A DNA stretch of 64,000 nucleotides. Source: an uncultured Anaeromyxobacter sp. (GTDB lineage: Bacteria; Myxococcota; Myxococcia; Myxococcales; Anaeromyxobacteraceae). Of the stretch, positions 41,051 through 50,115 are shown piece by piece; positions within the stretch are counted from its first letter, which is position 1, and every line of letters begins with the position of its first letter. Both the position numbers and the translations under genes were made by a program. The DNA lies in the NCBI GenBank assembly GCA_903855945.1, contig CAIOAK010000177.1, forward strand, positions 86 to 64,085, in the 5' to 3' direction. The notes under the pieces were generated by a model. The model was not told the DNA's origin. It saw only the letters and a program-made list of their open reading frames with translations, and searched no databases.

Positions 41051-43165
41051 ATGGCGGACCTTCTTTTCGAGATCGGCGCCGAGGAGATCCCGGCGGGCTT
41101 CGCCCCGGCGGCGCTGCAGCAGATGGCGCAGGACCTGGCACGGGCGCTCGACGACGCGCGCCTCCCGCACGGGGAGATCCGGGCGGTGGGAACGCCGCGG
41201 CGCCTCGCCGTGTGGGCACGCGACGTGGCCGGACGGCAGGGGGACGCGACGAGCCAGTCGCTCGGCCCACCGGTGGCCCAGGCCTTCGACCCCGCGGGGA
41301 ACCCCACGCCGGCCGCCGCCGGCTTCGCCCGGAGTCAGGGGGTCGAGGTCGGCGCGCTGGAACGGGTGGAGACGCCGAAGGGGCTCCGCCTCGCCGTGAC
41401 CCGCGTGGAGAAGGGGCGAAAGGCCGAGGCCGTCGTCCCCGCCATCCTGGAGCGGCTGATCGCCGGGATCCGATTCCGGAAGGCGATGCGATCCCGGTAC
41501 GACGAGGTCACCTTCGCCCGGCCGGTGCGCTGGATGGTCGCGCTCCTGGGGGGGAAGCCACTGACGGTTTGCCTCGGCGAGGTGAAGAGCGGCAAGGCCA
41601 CGCACGGACACCGCTTCCTTGCACCCCGGGCCATCCCCCTCTCGGGTACGCCCGAGGACTACGTGGCGAAGCTGCGCCGCGCCTTCGTGGTCGTCGATCC
41701 CGTGGAGCGGCGCGCCGCCGTCGAGGCGGAGCTGGCCCGGGCGGCGAAGCAGGTGGGCGCGGTGCTGCGCCCCGACGAGGCGCTCGTCGAGCAGGTGACC
41801 TGGCTCGTGGAGCACCCCACCGGCATCGCCGGCACCTTCGAGAAGTCGAACCTCGAGCTCCCGCCCGAGGTGGTGATCTTGGAGATGCGCAACCACCAGC
41901 GCTACTTCGCCGTGGTCGACGGCAAGGGGCGCCTGCAGAACCGGTTCATCGCCGTCTCCGGAACGCCGGTGAAGGACCCGGACGTCGCCCGTCACGGCTA
42001 CGAGCGGGTGCTGCGGGCCCGGCTCGCCGACGCCCGTTTCTTCTTCGAGGAGGACCGGAAGCGGAAGCTCGCCGACCGCATCGAGGACCTGGGGCGCCGC
42101 ACCTACCAGGCCCGTCTCGGCAGCGAGCTCGATCGGGTGCACCGGATCGGCGCCGTGGCCGGGGAGCTGGCACGGGAGCTCGGTCGGGAGGAGCTCCTCT
42201 CCGACGTCCTCGAGGTGGCCCGGCTCTGCAAGACCGACCTGACCACCGGGATGGTGGGCGAGTTCCCGGAGTTGCAGGGGACGATGGGCGGCCACTACGC
42301 CCGGCTGGAGGGGCTCCGCCCCGCCGTCGCCGACGCCATCGAGGATCACTACAAGCCGCTCGGCGCCTCCGAGGAGATGCCCCGCTCCGACCTGGGTGCG
42401 CTGGTGGGCGCGGCGGACCGGCTGCACCAGCTCGTCGGCATCGTCGGGGTGGGGGAGAAGGCCACCGGGGCGGCCGATCCCTACGGTCTGCGTCGGGCCG
42501 CCATCGGGATCCTCCGGATCGTCCAGGCCCGGGGCTGGCACCTCTCTCTCGCCGCCGCGGTGGAGAAGACCCTCGACTCGCTCGCGGGCGTGAAGCTCGC
42601 CGCCGACCGGACGGTGATCGCCTCCCAGGTCCGGGAGTTCCTCCGCGGACGGATCCGCGCGCTGTGGGGAGACGAGTTCGACGGCGACCTCGTGGACGCG
42701 GTTCTCGCAGCCGGGTTCGACGACGTGGTGGACGCCCGGCAGCGGCTCGAGGCGCTCGCCCACATCAAGGCCCGCCCGGACTTCCTGCCGCTCGCGGTGG
42801 CCTTCAAGCGGGTGGCGAACATCCGGGAGAAGGCGGGGGAGGGGACATCGGTGGAGGTGGACCGCTCGCTCCTCCAGGCCGGGGCCGAGACGCTGCTCGC
42901 CGACGACCTCTCGCGCGTGTCGGCGGAGGTGGCCGAGGCGCGCCAGGGGCGCGACTACCCCAGGGTCCTTCGGGCGGTGGCTTCGCTCAAGCCGGCGGTG
43001 GATCGGTTCTTCGACGAGGTGCTCGTGATGGCCGAGGAGCCGTCCGTCCGGGCCAACCGGCTCGCCCTGATGAAGCGGGTCGCCGACCTCTTCGGAGACG
43101 TCGCCGACTTCCGGAAGATCCAGGCCGAGGCGCCGGTCGCAGGTGGTGCCGGACGAGGCGCCTGA
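41051..43165 (+). CDS. glyS: Glycine--tRNA ligase beta subunit
   Basis: LLFEIGAEEIPAG N-terminus. 704 aa. Immediately follows glyQ. Confidence 0.96.
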   Translation: MADLLFEIGAEEIPAGFAPAALQQMAQDLARALDDARLPHGEIRAVGTPRRLAVWARDVAGRQGDATSQSLGPPVAQAFDPAGNPTPAAAGFARSQGVEVGALERVETPKGLRLAVTRVEKGRKAEAVVPAILERLIAGIRFRKAMRSRYDEVTFARPVRWMVALLGGKPLTVCLGEVKSGKATHGHRFLAPRAIPLSGTPEDYVAKLRRAFVVVDPVERRAAVEAELARAAKQVGAVLRPDEALVEQVTWLVEHPTGIAGTFEKSNLELPPEVVILEMRNHQRYFAVVDGKGRLQNRFIAVSGTPVKDPDVARHGYERVLRARLADARFFFEEDRKRKLADRIEDLGRRTYQARLGSELDRVHRIGAVAGELARELGREELLSDVLEVARLCKTDLTTGMVGEFPELQGTMGGHYARLEGLRPAVADAIEDHYKPLGASEEMPRSDLGALVGAADRLHQLVGIVGVGEKATGAADPYGLRRAAIGILRIVQARGWHLSLAAAVEKTLDSLAGVKLAADRTVIASQVREFLRGRIRALWGDEFDGDLVDAVLAAGFDDVVDARQRLEALAHIKARPDFLPLAVAFKRVANIREKAGEGTSVEVDRSLLQAGAETLLADDLSRVSAEVAEARQGRDYPRVLRAVASLKPAVDRFFDEVLVMAEEPSVRANRLALMKRVADLFGDVADFRKIQAEAPVAGGAGRGA

Positions 43166-43181
43166 TCGGGCCGGTTTCCCC

Positions 43182-43211
43182 TTGACCCTGGGGGGAGGGC
43201 AAGCTTAGGTT
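43182..43211 (+). promoter_or_regulatory. Putative promoter of the lipoprotein gene pair
   Basis: TTGACC (43182-43187), an 18-nt spacer, then TAGGTT (43206-43211). The GTG start lies only 11 nt after the -10 element. Confidence 0.35.
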
Positions 43212-43238
43212 TCGCGCTCCCGGTGACCAGAAACCTAA
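43205..43238. repeat. Perfect 9-bp inverted repeat bracketing the start codon of the first lipoprotein gene
   Basis: TTAGGTTTC (43205-43213) and GAAACCTAA (43230-43238) with a 16-nt spacer containing GTG 43223. The right arm is built from the codons AGA AAC CTA AAG. Confidence 0.7.
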
Positions 43239-44704
43239 AGATTGTCGCGCTCCTCGCGTTCGGAATCGCGGCCGGTTGCCGGGACTCCTACCCGACCCTC
43301 GTCCCCCCGACGAACATCCTCTACTACCCGACCGGGCTCGCGGTCCGGCAGATGCCTCCGGATTCGACCGACCCGAAGAAGCAGTACGGGTGGAGCCAGC
43401 TCGTCGTCGGCAACGCCAACTTCGACCTCCGCTTCGACTCGACGACCGGCGGAACGGTGGTGGTGCTCGACCCCGACGCGGCCCCCGACAGATCCACGGG
43501 CCAGCCGTTCGTCCCGCTGGGGGCCATCCGGACCGGGAGCTTCGTCGGGGAGCTGGCGATGGCGGGTGGCAGCTGCCCGACCGGCGGGACCGACTGGGAC
43601 GGCTGGACCGACTGTCCGTACGCCTGCGACAACCTCAAGAATGACCCGGCCATCAAGGACGGGGGCACGAAGCTCATCTTCGCCTCCCGCGCCGTCCCGC
43701 AGCAGATCTACCGGACAATCCTGAAGAAGGACGGGACGATCTCCTGCGGGACGAACTGCGTCTTCGAGGTGCCCATCCAGCAGCTCGACCCGTACGGCGT
43801 GACCACGGTCTGCAGCACCGGCGTCAACAAGCCCCTGGTGGCCTACGCCTTCGTCTCGCAGCTCATGGCCACGAATGGCCTCGGATACATGAACCGGGTG
43901 AACCTCCTGCAGGACGCGGAGCCGCCGCTGCCCCTCGTCATGGGCCCCTACGCCACCTACGCATCGGTCTACGAGCCGGAGCGTGAGCTCGTCTTCGTGA
44001 GTTCCGTGGCCACGGACGCCCAGTTCCGCTGGTTCAACCCGCTCGTCACCGTCTCCGTCGTCGACGGCTTCGCGGTTCCCGACTACACCGGTCCGTCCTT
44101 CTCCAGCCTGGTCCCCGGAGCCGTGGCGCGCGACATGGCGCTGTCGAGCGATGGGACGGTCCTGTACGTCACCATCCAGATGTACGACCTCACGCTGGCC
44201 GTCCAGACGGGCCTCTTCTACACCCAGGGTGGAGGACTCGCGATCTTCGATCTCACCCAGTCGAGCTTCGGTTCGCCCCGGATGGCCCTGGTCGGGTTGA
44301 AGCCCACCTGTGTGGGAGCCGGGCAGATCCGGCGCCTGCCCGCGCGCGCGGACCCGATCGATCCCGACCTCTTCGTCATCACCTGCGATCAGGACGGGCA
44401 ACTCGTCCTCTACGACTCCGACAGCCAGCGGGTGGTCCGGACCATCGGGATGAACCCCGCCACCGGCCTCCCCATCCTCGGCCTGCAGCCGTTCGGGATC
44501 GCGGTCGAGGCCATCGATCCGCGGCGGGCGACGACGCCGGTCCAGGGGCAGGACTACCCCGAAGACTCCCCCTGCATGGTAGGGGCCGAGTGCCACCGGA
44601 TCTACGTGAGCAGCTTCATGCAAGATTGGATCAACGTGCTCGAACTCATGCCAGATTTTCCCGACGGGATCGCGCTCGTGAAGCGCATCGGGAACGGCCC
44701 ATGA
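43223..44704 (+). CDS. Hypothetical lipoprotein, beta-propeller-like
   Basis: Lipobox LAFGIAAGC. Recurring short strand motifs (PTGLAV, PYGVTT, DGTVLYVT, PFGIAVE) suggest propeller blades. Several Cys pairs are present. Confidence 0.7.
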   Translation: MTRNLKIVALLAFGIAAGCRDSYPTLVPPTNILYYPTGLAVRQMPPDSTDPKKQYGWSQLVVGNANFDLRFDSTTGGTVVVLDPDAAPDRSTGQPFVPLGAIRTGSFVGELAMAGGSCPTGGTDWDGWTDCPYACDNLKNDPAIKDGGTKLIFASRAVPQQIYRTILKKDGTISCGTNCVFEVPIQQLDPYGVTTVCSTGVNKPLVAYAFVSQLMATNGLGYMNRVNLLQDAEPPLPLVMGPYATYASVYEPERELVFVSSVATDAQFRWFNPLVTVSVVDGFAVPDYTGPSFSSLVPGAVARDMALSSDGTVLYVTIQMYDLTLAVQTGLFYTQGGGLAIFDLTQSSFGSPRMALVGLKPTCVGAGQIRRLPARADPIDPDLFVITCDQDGQLVLYDSDSQRVVRTIGMNPATGLPILGLQPFGIAVEAIDPRRATTPVQGQDYPEDSPCMVGAECHRIYVSSFMQDWINVLELMPDFPDGIALVKRIGNGP

Positions 44705-47394
44705 GGTGGCTCCTCCTCTCGGCGGCGCTCCTCGCCTCGGCCTGCTCCAGCGGGAGCCCGATCATCCCGGCGTTCTTCCACGGTGCCGTGGCGGTCGTCC
44801 CGTTCCGTGGGCTCAACCCCAGCAGTCCGCAGGCGGGTCCGGTGCCTCTCCTCGCGGTCGCGTCCTACCGGGGCAGCGAGCTCCGGATCATCGACCCGAG
44901 CACCGACAGCCCGCTCGTCGGGTACAGCGCCGCATGGGCGCTCGCGGTCCCCACCCTCCAGCAACCCGCCTTCCTCGCCTCGGGATCGCTCGACGACGGC
45001 CCGACCCGGCCCGACCTGGTCGTGGTCGCGGGCGCCGATCCCAAGATCCAGATCTTCGGCACCTGGCTCGACCCCAGCACTTCCGGCTACGGGATCGTCC
45101 AGACGATCGACCTGACCGGCTCCGTCGGCATCGGGGCCCAGATCCTCTCCATGGTGGTGACGAAGGTCCCCGACGTAGGGAAGCCTTTTTCCGGAAAGCC
45201 CCCGGTGATGCCCACCGTGAAGGGCAAGGCGTGGGTCGTGCTCGGCCTCTCCGATCCAGGCGATCTCTCCGCCGGACAGATCGCCGTCGTGGAGATGGAG
45301 CGGAAGACCGGGGATGCGATCGGCCCCGTGACGCAGCCCGCGACGGTTGCCGTGAAGGTGATCCGCTTCGCCCCCAGCGCGATGACGGGGGCCCCCGACC
45401 ACGCCCACCTCTACCTTGCCACGCAGGACTATCTCGGGGACTCCACCGACCCGTCGATGCGCGGGATCGCCGAGGTGACGTTCACGGGCGGGTTCGCCGC
45501 CCCCTGGCCCGTGCGCAACTTCTCCGCGCGCGGCTCGGGCACCTACGCCGTGGCGGCGGCCTTCGTGGGGGAACGGAGCACGAGGAACTCCTACACCTTC
45601 GACGAGCCCCAGCTCCGGGTCTATGCGGCCCTCGACCCCGGCCAGTGCGGTTCGGAGGGAGGCATCCCCTGCGGCATCGCCACCTTCGACCCCTTGTTCG
45701 GAACCCTCGCCGCCGATCCCGCCGTGGACGGCCCGGTGCGCTACGGCGTTCCCCGTCAGACCTACCGGACGCCGTTCCAGGTCGCGTCGATGCCCATCGC
45801 CATGGGCATCGCGATGCCGCCAGCCAAGCCGGGACCGAACCCGCCGTCGGTGGCCTATGGCTCCCAGGTCTGCTACTCCCCGGCAGACCCGACCGGGTTC
45901 CTGCCGCTCTGCCCCAGCGTGACGGAGGTGGCCTCCACGCCCCCCTTCAACGGCAACGGTGTGGCGCAGAGCTTCATGATGCTCGCCCCCCCGATCGGAC
46001 AGGAATGGACGAGCGCGGTCGGACTCGTCACGGCGGTCGACGGCCTGGCCTACGTGCAGGATCTGGGCAGGTTCGGGCCGGTGAACGCGGTGTCGATGCT
46101 CACCGACGACACCACGCGCACGCAGGCCCTGAACGCCAGCGCCGTCGGACCGGGCGGGCCGACCCCGAACTCGGCGGCCTTCGGCTTCCCCGTCGGCACG
46201 GCGGCGGTGGGCCTCTACCTCGACCCGCTCGGCACCGGCACCGGCACGGTGGTCTACACCTCCGACAAGCTCCCGAGGGCCATCACCGTCTGGCCGGGGT
46301 ACACGAGGGACGACCACTGGCTCGTCTCCTACCAGGGGGTACTGCCGGGCCTGGCGCAGCGCCGTTCGGTCCTGGGCTACGGCAAGGACCCGGTCAGCGG
46401 GGCCGACTGGCTCTACCTCGCCATCCAGGCCTCGAGCGTTGCCTCCGACAACGGGCAACTGCCCGCCACGGGGTACTGGGTCACCGAAGCCTTCGTTGCA
46501 AGGACGAACCTCGGGATCCACGTGACCAGCCCGAGTACCGGGCCCGGTGACATCGGACTCTTCGTGCTCGACAACGACCCCTGTCCGTCCACCCGACCCA
46601 ACTGGATCCCCGTCGGGGGGACCGCGCCAGCCTTCGACGCGAGCAAGCCCCCGCTGGCGCACGAGACGGTGCTGGCCGGCTTCCTCCCCGAGGACGATCT
46701 GCGCTACCCGGGCGGCGCGCTGAAGCTCGGGCCCGAGGACGACCCGACGCTCGCGAGCGAGTACCAGTGCCTCCTCACCTGGTTCCGGAAGCCGGGGAAC
46801 GACGCGAAGGTACTCACCGCCTTTCGCAACAATCCGCCGAGCACCGACTACGCCCGCGGGACCTGGATCCGCGCCTCGGAATTCGTGATCGTGGGGGCGG
46901 TGAGCGGATATGCCGGGCGTCCATCCCTGGACGTTCCGTACATGCTCAAGTGGGCGGAGGAGGACTCCCTCCCGGTGGGGGAGGCCCGGGACCTCGCGCG
47001 CAAGGCGAGGCGTTTCTACTACCCCGCGATCTACCCGCTCCAGGCCTACTCGAACTACCCAGGCATGAGGGATCCGATGGGTACCGGCCCGGCGCTCGGG
47101 CTGCAGGTCGGCCTCTACTGCCCCCTCAACAGCACGAACGGGTGCGACCCGAACAACCCTGACCTGCTTCCGGCGCGCGACGCGGGCGTCGACTTTTTCA
47201 CGACGGCGGGCCTCGTCACCCTGTCTCGCCACCCCAGCAGCACCGCCGGTGGGAACTACGTCACCTCCTTCGACCGGAGCCTGATCCCGGGGCAGGAGTA
47301 CCTGGGCCGGGTCTTCTACTCGACCTTCGTCGGGGACGCGCTCATGATGTTCCCGCCCGGCCTCGACATCGGCCAGACACTCACCATCCGCTGA
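44701..47394 (+). CDS. Large hypothetical lipoprotein (897 aa)
   Basis: ATG 44701 overlaps the upstream stop (ATGA). Lipobox LLASACSS. The sequence is non-repetitive and rich in Gly/Pro/Thr/Ser. I recognise no catalytic motif. Confidence 0.7.
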   Translation: MRWLLLSAALLASACSSGSPIIPAFFHGAVAVVPFRGLNPSSPQAGPVPLLAVASYRGSELRIIDPSTDSPLVGYSAAWALAVPTLQQPAFLASGSLDDGPTRPDLVVVAGADPKIQIFGTWLDPSTSGYGIVQTIDLTGSVGIGAQILSMVVTKVPDVGKPFSGKPPVMPTVKGKAWVVLGLSDPGDLSAGQIAVVEMERKTGDAIGPVTQPATVAVKVIRFAPSAMTGAPDHAHLYLATQDYLGDSTDPSMRGIAEVTFTGGFAAPWPVRNFSARGSGTYAVAAAFVGERSTRNSYTFDEPQLRVYAALDPGQCGSEGGIPCGIATFDPLFGTLAADPAVDGPVRYGVPRQTYRTPFQVASMPIAMGIAMPPAKPGPNPPSVAYGSQVCYSPADPTGFLPLCPSVTEVASTPPFNGNGVAQSFMMLAPPIGQEWTSAVGLVTAVDGLAYVQDLGRFGPVNAVSMLTDDTTRTQALNASAVGPGGPTPNSAAFGFPVGTAAVGLYLDPLGTGTGTVVYTSDKLPRAITVWPGYTRDDHWLVSYQGVLPGLAQRRSVLGYGKDPVSGADWLYLAIQASSVASDNGQLPATGYWVTEAFVARTNLGIHVTSPSTGPGDIGLFVLDNDPCPSTRPNWIPVGGTAPAFDASKPPLAHETVLAGFLPEDDLRYPGGALKLGPEDDPTLASEYQCLLTWFRKPGNDAKVLTAFRNNPPSTDYARGTWIRASEFVIVGAVSGYAGRPSLDVPYMLKWAEEDSLPVGEARDLARKARRFYYPAIYPLQAYSNYPGMRDPMGTGPALGLQVGLYCPLNSTNGCDPNNPDLLPARDAGVDFFTTAGLVTLSRHPSSTAGGNYVTSFDRSLIPGQEYLGRVFYSTFVGDALMMFPPGLDIGQTLTIR

Positions 47395-47409
47395 CGGCAG
47401 GGGCGTCCG

Positions 47410-50103
47410 TTGCCCACCCTCACGCTCATCGACGGATCCGGGTTCGTCTTCCGGGCGTTCCACGCCATCCCGCACCTGTCGACGACGAAGGGGCAGCCGA
47501 CCAACGCCGTCTACGGATTCACCACCATGTTGCTGAAGGCGCTGCGGGAGCACGCGCCCTCCCACGTGGCGCTGGTGTTCGACGCGAGCCGGAAGAGCTT
47601 CCGGACCGACCTCGACCCCACCTACAAGGCCCAGCGCCCGGACGCGCCGGAGGATCTGGTCCGGCAGTTCCCGCTGATCCGCGACGTGGCTCGTGCGCTC
47701 GACGTGCCGGTCCTCGAGGAGGTCGGGGTCGAGGCGGACGACGTCATCGCCACGCTCGCCCGGAGGGGCAGGGCACAGGGCTTCGACGTCGTGATCGTCA
47801 CCGGGGACAAGGATTTCGCGCAGCTCGTGGGGGAGGGGATCGAGCTCTACGACCCGATGGCAGAGGCGGCCGGGCGGGGAGGCTGGACGCGGACGGAGGA
47901 CGTGGAGCGAAAGCTGGGGGTCCGGCCGGAGCAGGTGGTGGAACTCATGGCGCTCACCGGGGACAAGGTGGACAACGTCCCCGGCGTGCCCGGAGTGGGG
48001 GATGTCACCGCCGCCGCGCTCGTCCGGCACTTCGGCACGGTGGAGGCGATGCTCGCCCGCCCGGAGGAGATCCCCACGGCGGTGGCTCGCGGTGGCGTGA
48101 AGCTGAAGGCCAAGGTGGAGGCGCTCGCCGAGCGGATCCGGCTCAACAAGGTCCTCGTCACCCTGAAGGAGGACCTGCCGCTCCCGCTCGGTCCGACCGA
48201 CCTGGCCCGCCGGCCCGTGGACACCGAGCGCGCTCGGGCGCTCTTCACGGAGCTCGAGTTCGGACGCCTCCTGCGCGAGCTGCCCGCGCCGGCCCAGGCT
48301 CCCTCCCCCCGTGAGCCCACCCAGGTGGTGGTCACCGGTGCGGAGCTGGCGCGGGTCGTGGCCGAGATCCGGCTTGCCGGCCTGGCGGGATTCCGCGCCG
48401 CCTTCTCCTCCCCGGCGCCGCGCCGGATCGCTCCGGCGGGGATCTCGCTCGCGGCTGGCGAACGGTCCTGGTACGTCCCGATCCAGCACCGGTACCTGGG
48501 CGCTCCGCCGCAGCTCCCCGCCGGCGAGGTCGCGACTGCCCTCCGGCCCCTCCTCGAGGATCCGGCGGTGGAGATCCACGCCCACGATCTCAAGGCGGAG
48601 ATCCACGCCCTCCGCCATCTGGGACTCCCGGCGCCAGCCCGGGGGATCGACACCGAGCTGGCGAACCGGCTTCTCCTTCCCGCGCGACGGGAGCACGCAC
48701 TCGCCGACGTGGCGCGGGAGCGTCTGGGTGTCGAGATCCCCCCTGCGCCGGCCGATGCGGGGAAGGGGGAGGGCGATCCGGCCACCTTCCCGGTGGAGGA
48801 GACCGCCGTCCACGCAGGTGCCGCAGCGGCGGTCCTCCCCCGGCTTGCCGCCACGCTCGTTCAGGCCCTGCGCGACGCCGGGCTCCTCCGGCTCCACGAG
48901 GAGGTGGAGCGGCCGCTCGTGCCGGTGCTGGCCGGGATGGAGCAGGCCGGCGTCGCCGTCGATTCGGCCGCCATGGGGTCGATGAGCGTCGAGTTCGGGG
49001 GGGCGATGCGGGATCTGGAGGGGCGCATCCACGCCGCCGCAGGACGCACCTTCAACGTGGCCTCCACGCGCGAGCTGGCGCAGGTGCTCTTCGTCGAGCT
49101 GGGACTGCCGGTCGTGAAACGTCTCAAGACCGGCCCCTCCACGGACCAGGACGTGCTGGAGACGCTCGCGGAGGAGCACCCGCTCCCGCGGCTCGTGCTG
49201 GAGCACCGGTCGCTGTCCAAGCTGAAGGGCACCTACGTCGATGCGCTCCCGGTGCTGATCGACCCGTCCGACGGGCGCATCCACACCACCTTCAATCAGG
49301 CCGGGGCCGCGACCGGCCGCCTCTCGTCGCAGGACCCGAACCTCCAGAACATCCCGGTGCGCACGGAGCTCTCCCGGCGCATCCGCGCCGCCTTCGTGGC
49401 CGCGCCCGGGAGCGTGCTCGTCTCCGCCGACTACTCCCAGATCGAGCTCCGGATCCTGGCCCATTACGCCGAGGACCCCGCGCTCCTCGAGTCGTTCCGC
49501 ATCCGGGAGGACGTCCACGCGCGCACCGCCGCGGAGACCTTCGGCGTGCCGGCCGGCGAGGTGACCCCGGATCAGCGCCGGGTCGCCAAGGTGCTCAACT
49601 TCGGGATCGCCTACGGCCTCTCCGCCTTCGGGATGGCCCAGCGGCTCGGCATGCCGCCGGGCGAGGCACAGGCCGTCATCGACCGGTACTTCGCTCGCTA
49701 CGCCGGGGTGAAGCGCTGGCTGGACGCCACCGTCGCCTCCGCCCGGGAGACCGGAGAGGTCCGCACGCTCTGGGGCCGGCGCCGGGAGCTGCCCGAGATC
49801 CGCGCGCGGAACCCCGGGTTGCGCCAGGCGGCGGAACGGATGGCGGTGAACACACCCATCCAGGGCACCGCCGCGGACATCGTGAAGATCGCGATGCTCC
49901 GGGTGGACCGGGTGCTGCGGGAGGAGCGGCTCGCCACCCGCATGATCCTGCAGGTCCACGACGAGCTCCTGCTGGAGGCGCCCATGGCGGAGGCGGAGCG
50001 GGCCGAGTCCCTCCTGAGGCTCGCGATGGAGGGAGCGGCCGAGCTCAGGGTCCCACTCGACGTCGAGGTCGGCAGGGCGAGGAGCTGGGCCGAGGCCCAC
50101 TAG
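47410..50103 (+). CDS. polA: DNA polymerase I
   Basis: TTG start. 5'-nuclease N-terminus LIDGSGFVFRAFHA. Pol motifs A (LVSADYSQIELRILAH), B (RRVAKVLNFGIAYG) and C (QVHDELLLE). Confidence 0.96.
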   Translation: MPTLTLIDGSGFVFRAFHAIPHLSTTKGQPTNAVYGFTTMLLKALREHAPSHVALVFDASRKSFRTDLDPTYKAQRPDAPEDLVRQFPLIRDVARALDVPVLEEVGVEADDVIATLARRGRAQGFDVVIVTGDKDFAQLVGEGIELYDPMAEAAGRGGWTRTEDVERKLGVRPEQVVELMALTGDKVDNVPGVPGVGDVTAAALVRHFGTVEAMLARPEEIPTAVARGGVKLKAKVEALAERIRLNKVLVTLKEDLPLPLGPTDLARRPVDTERARALFTELEFGRLLRELPAPAQAPSPREPTQVVVTGAELARVVAEIRLAGLAGFRAAFSSPAPRRIAPAGISLAAGERSWYVPIQHRYLGAPPQLPAGEVATALRPLLEDPAVEIHAHDLKAEIHALRHLGLPAPARGIDTELANRLLLPARREHALADVARERLGVEIPPAPADAGKGEGDPATFPVEETAVHAGAAAAVLPRLAATLVQALRDAGLLRLHEEVERPLVPVLAGMEQAGVAVDSAAMGSMSVEFGGAMRDLEGRIHAAAGRTFNVASTRELAQVLFVELGLPVVKRLKTGPSTDQDVLETLAEEHPLPRLVLEHRSLSKLKGTYVDALPVLIDPSDGRIHTTFNQAGAATGRLSSQDPNLQNIPVRTELSRRIRAAFVAAPGSVLVSADYSQIELRILAHYAEDPALLESFRIREDVHARTAAETFGVPAGEVTPDQRRVAKVLNFGIAYGLSAFGMAQRLGMPPGEAQAVIDRYFARYAGVKRWLDATVASARETGEVRTLWGRRRELPEIRARNPGLRQAAERMAVNTPIQGTAADIVKIAMLRVDRVLREERLATRMILQVHDELLLEAPMAEAERAESLLRLAMEGAAELRVPLDVEVGRARSWAEAH

Positions 50104-50115
50104 CCCGGCCCTCCG

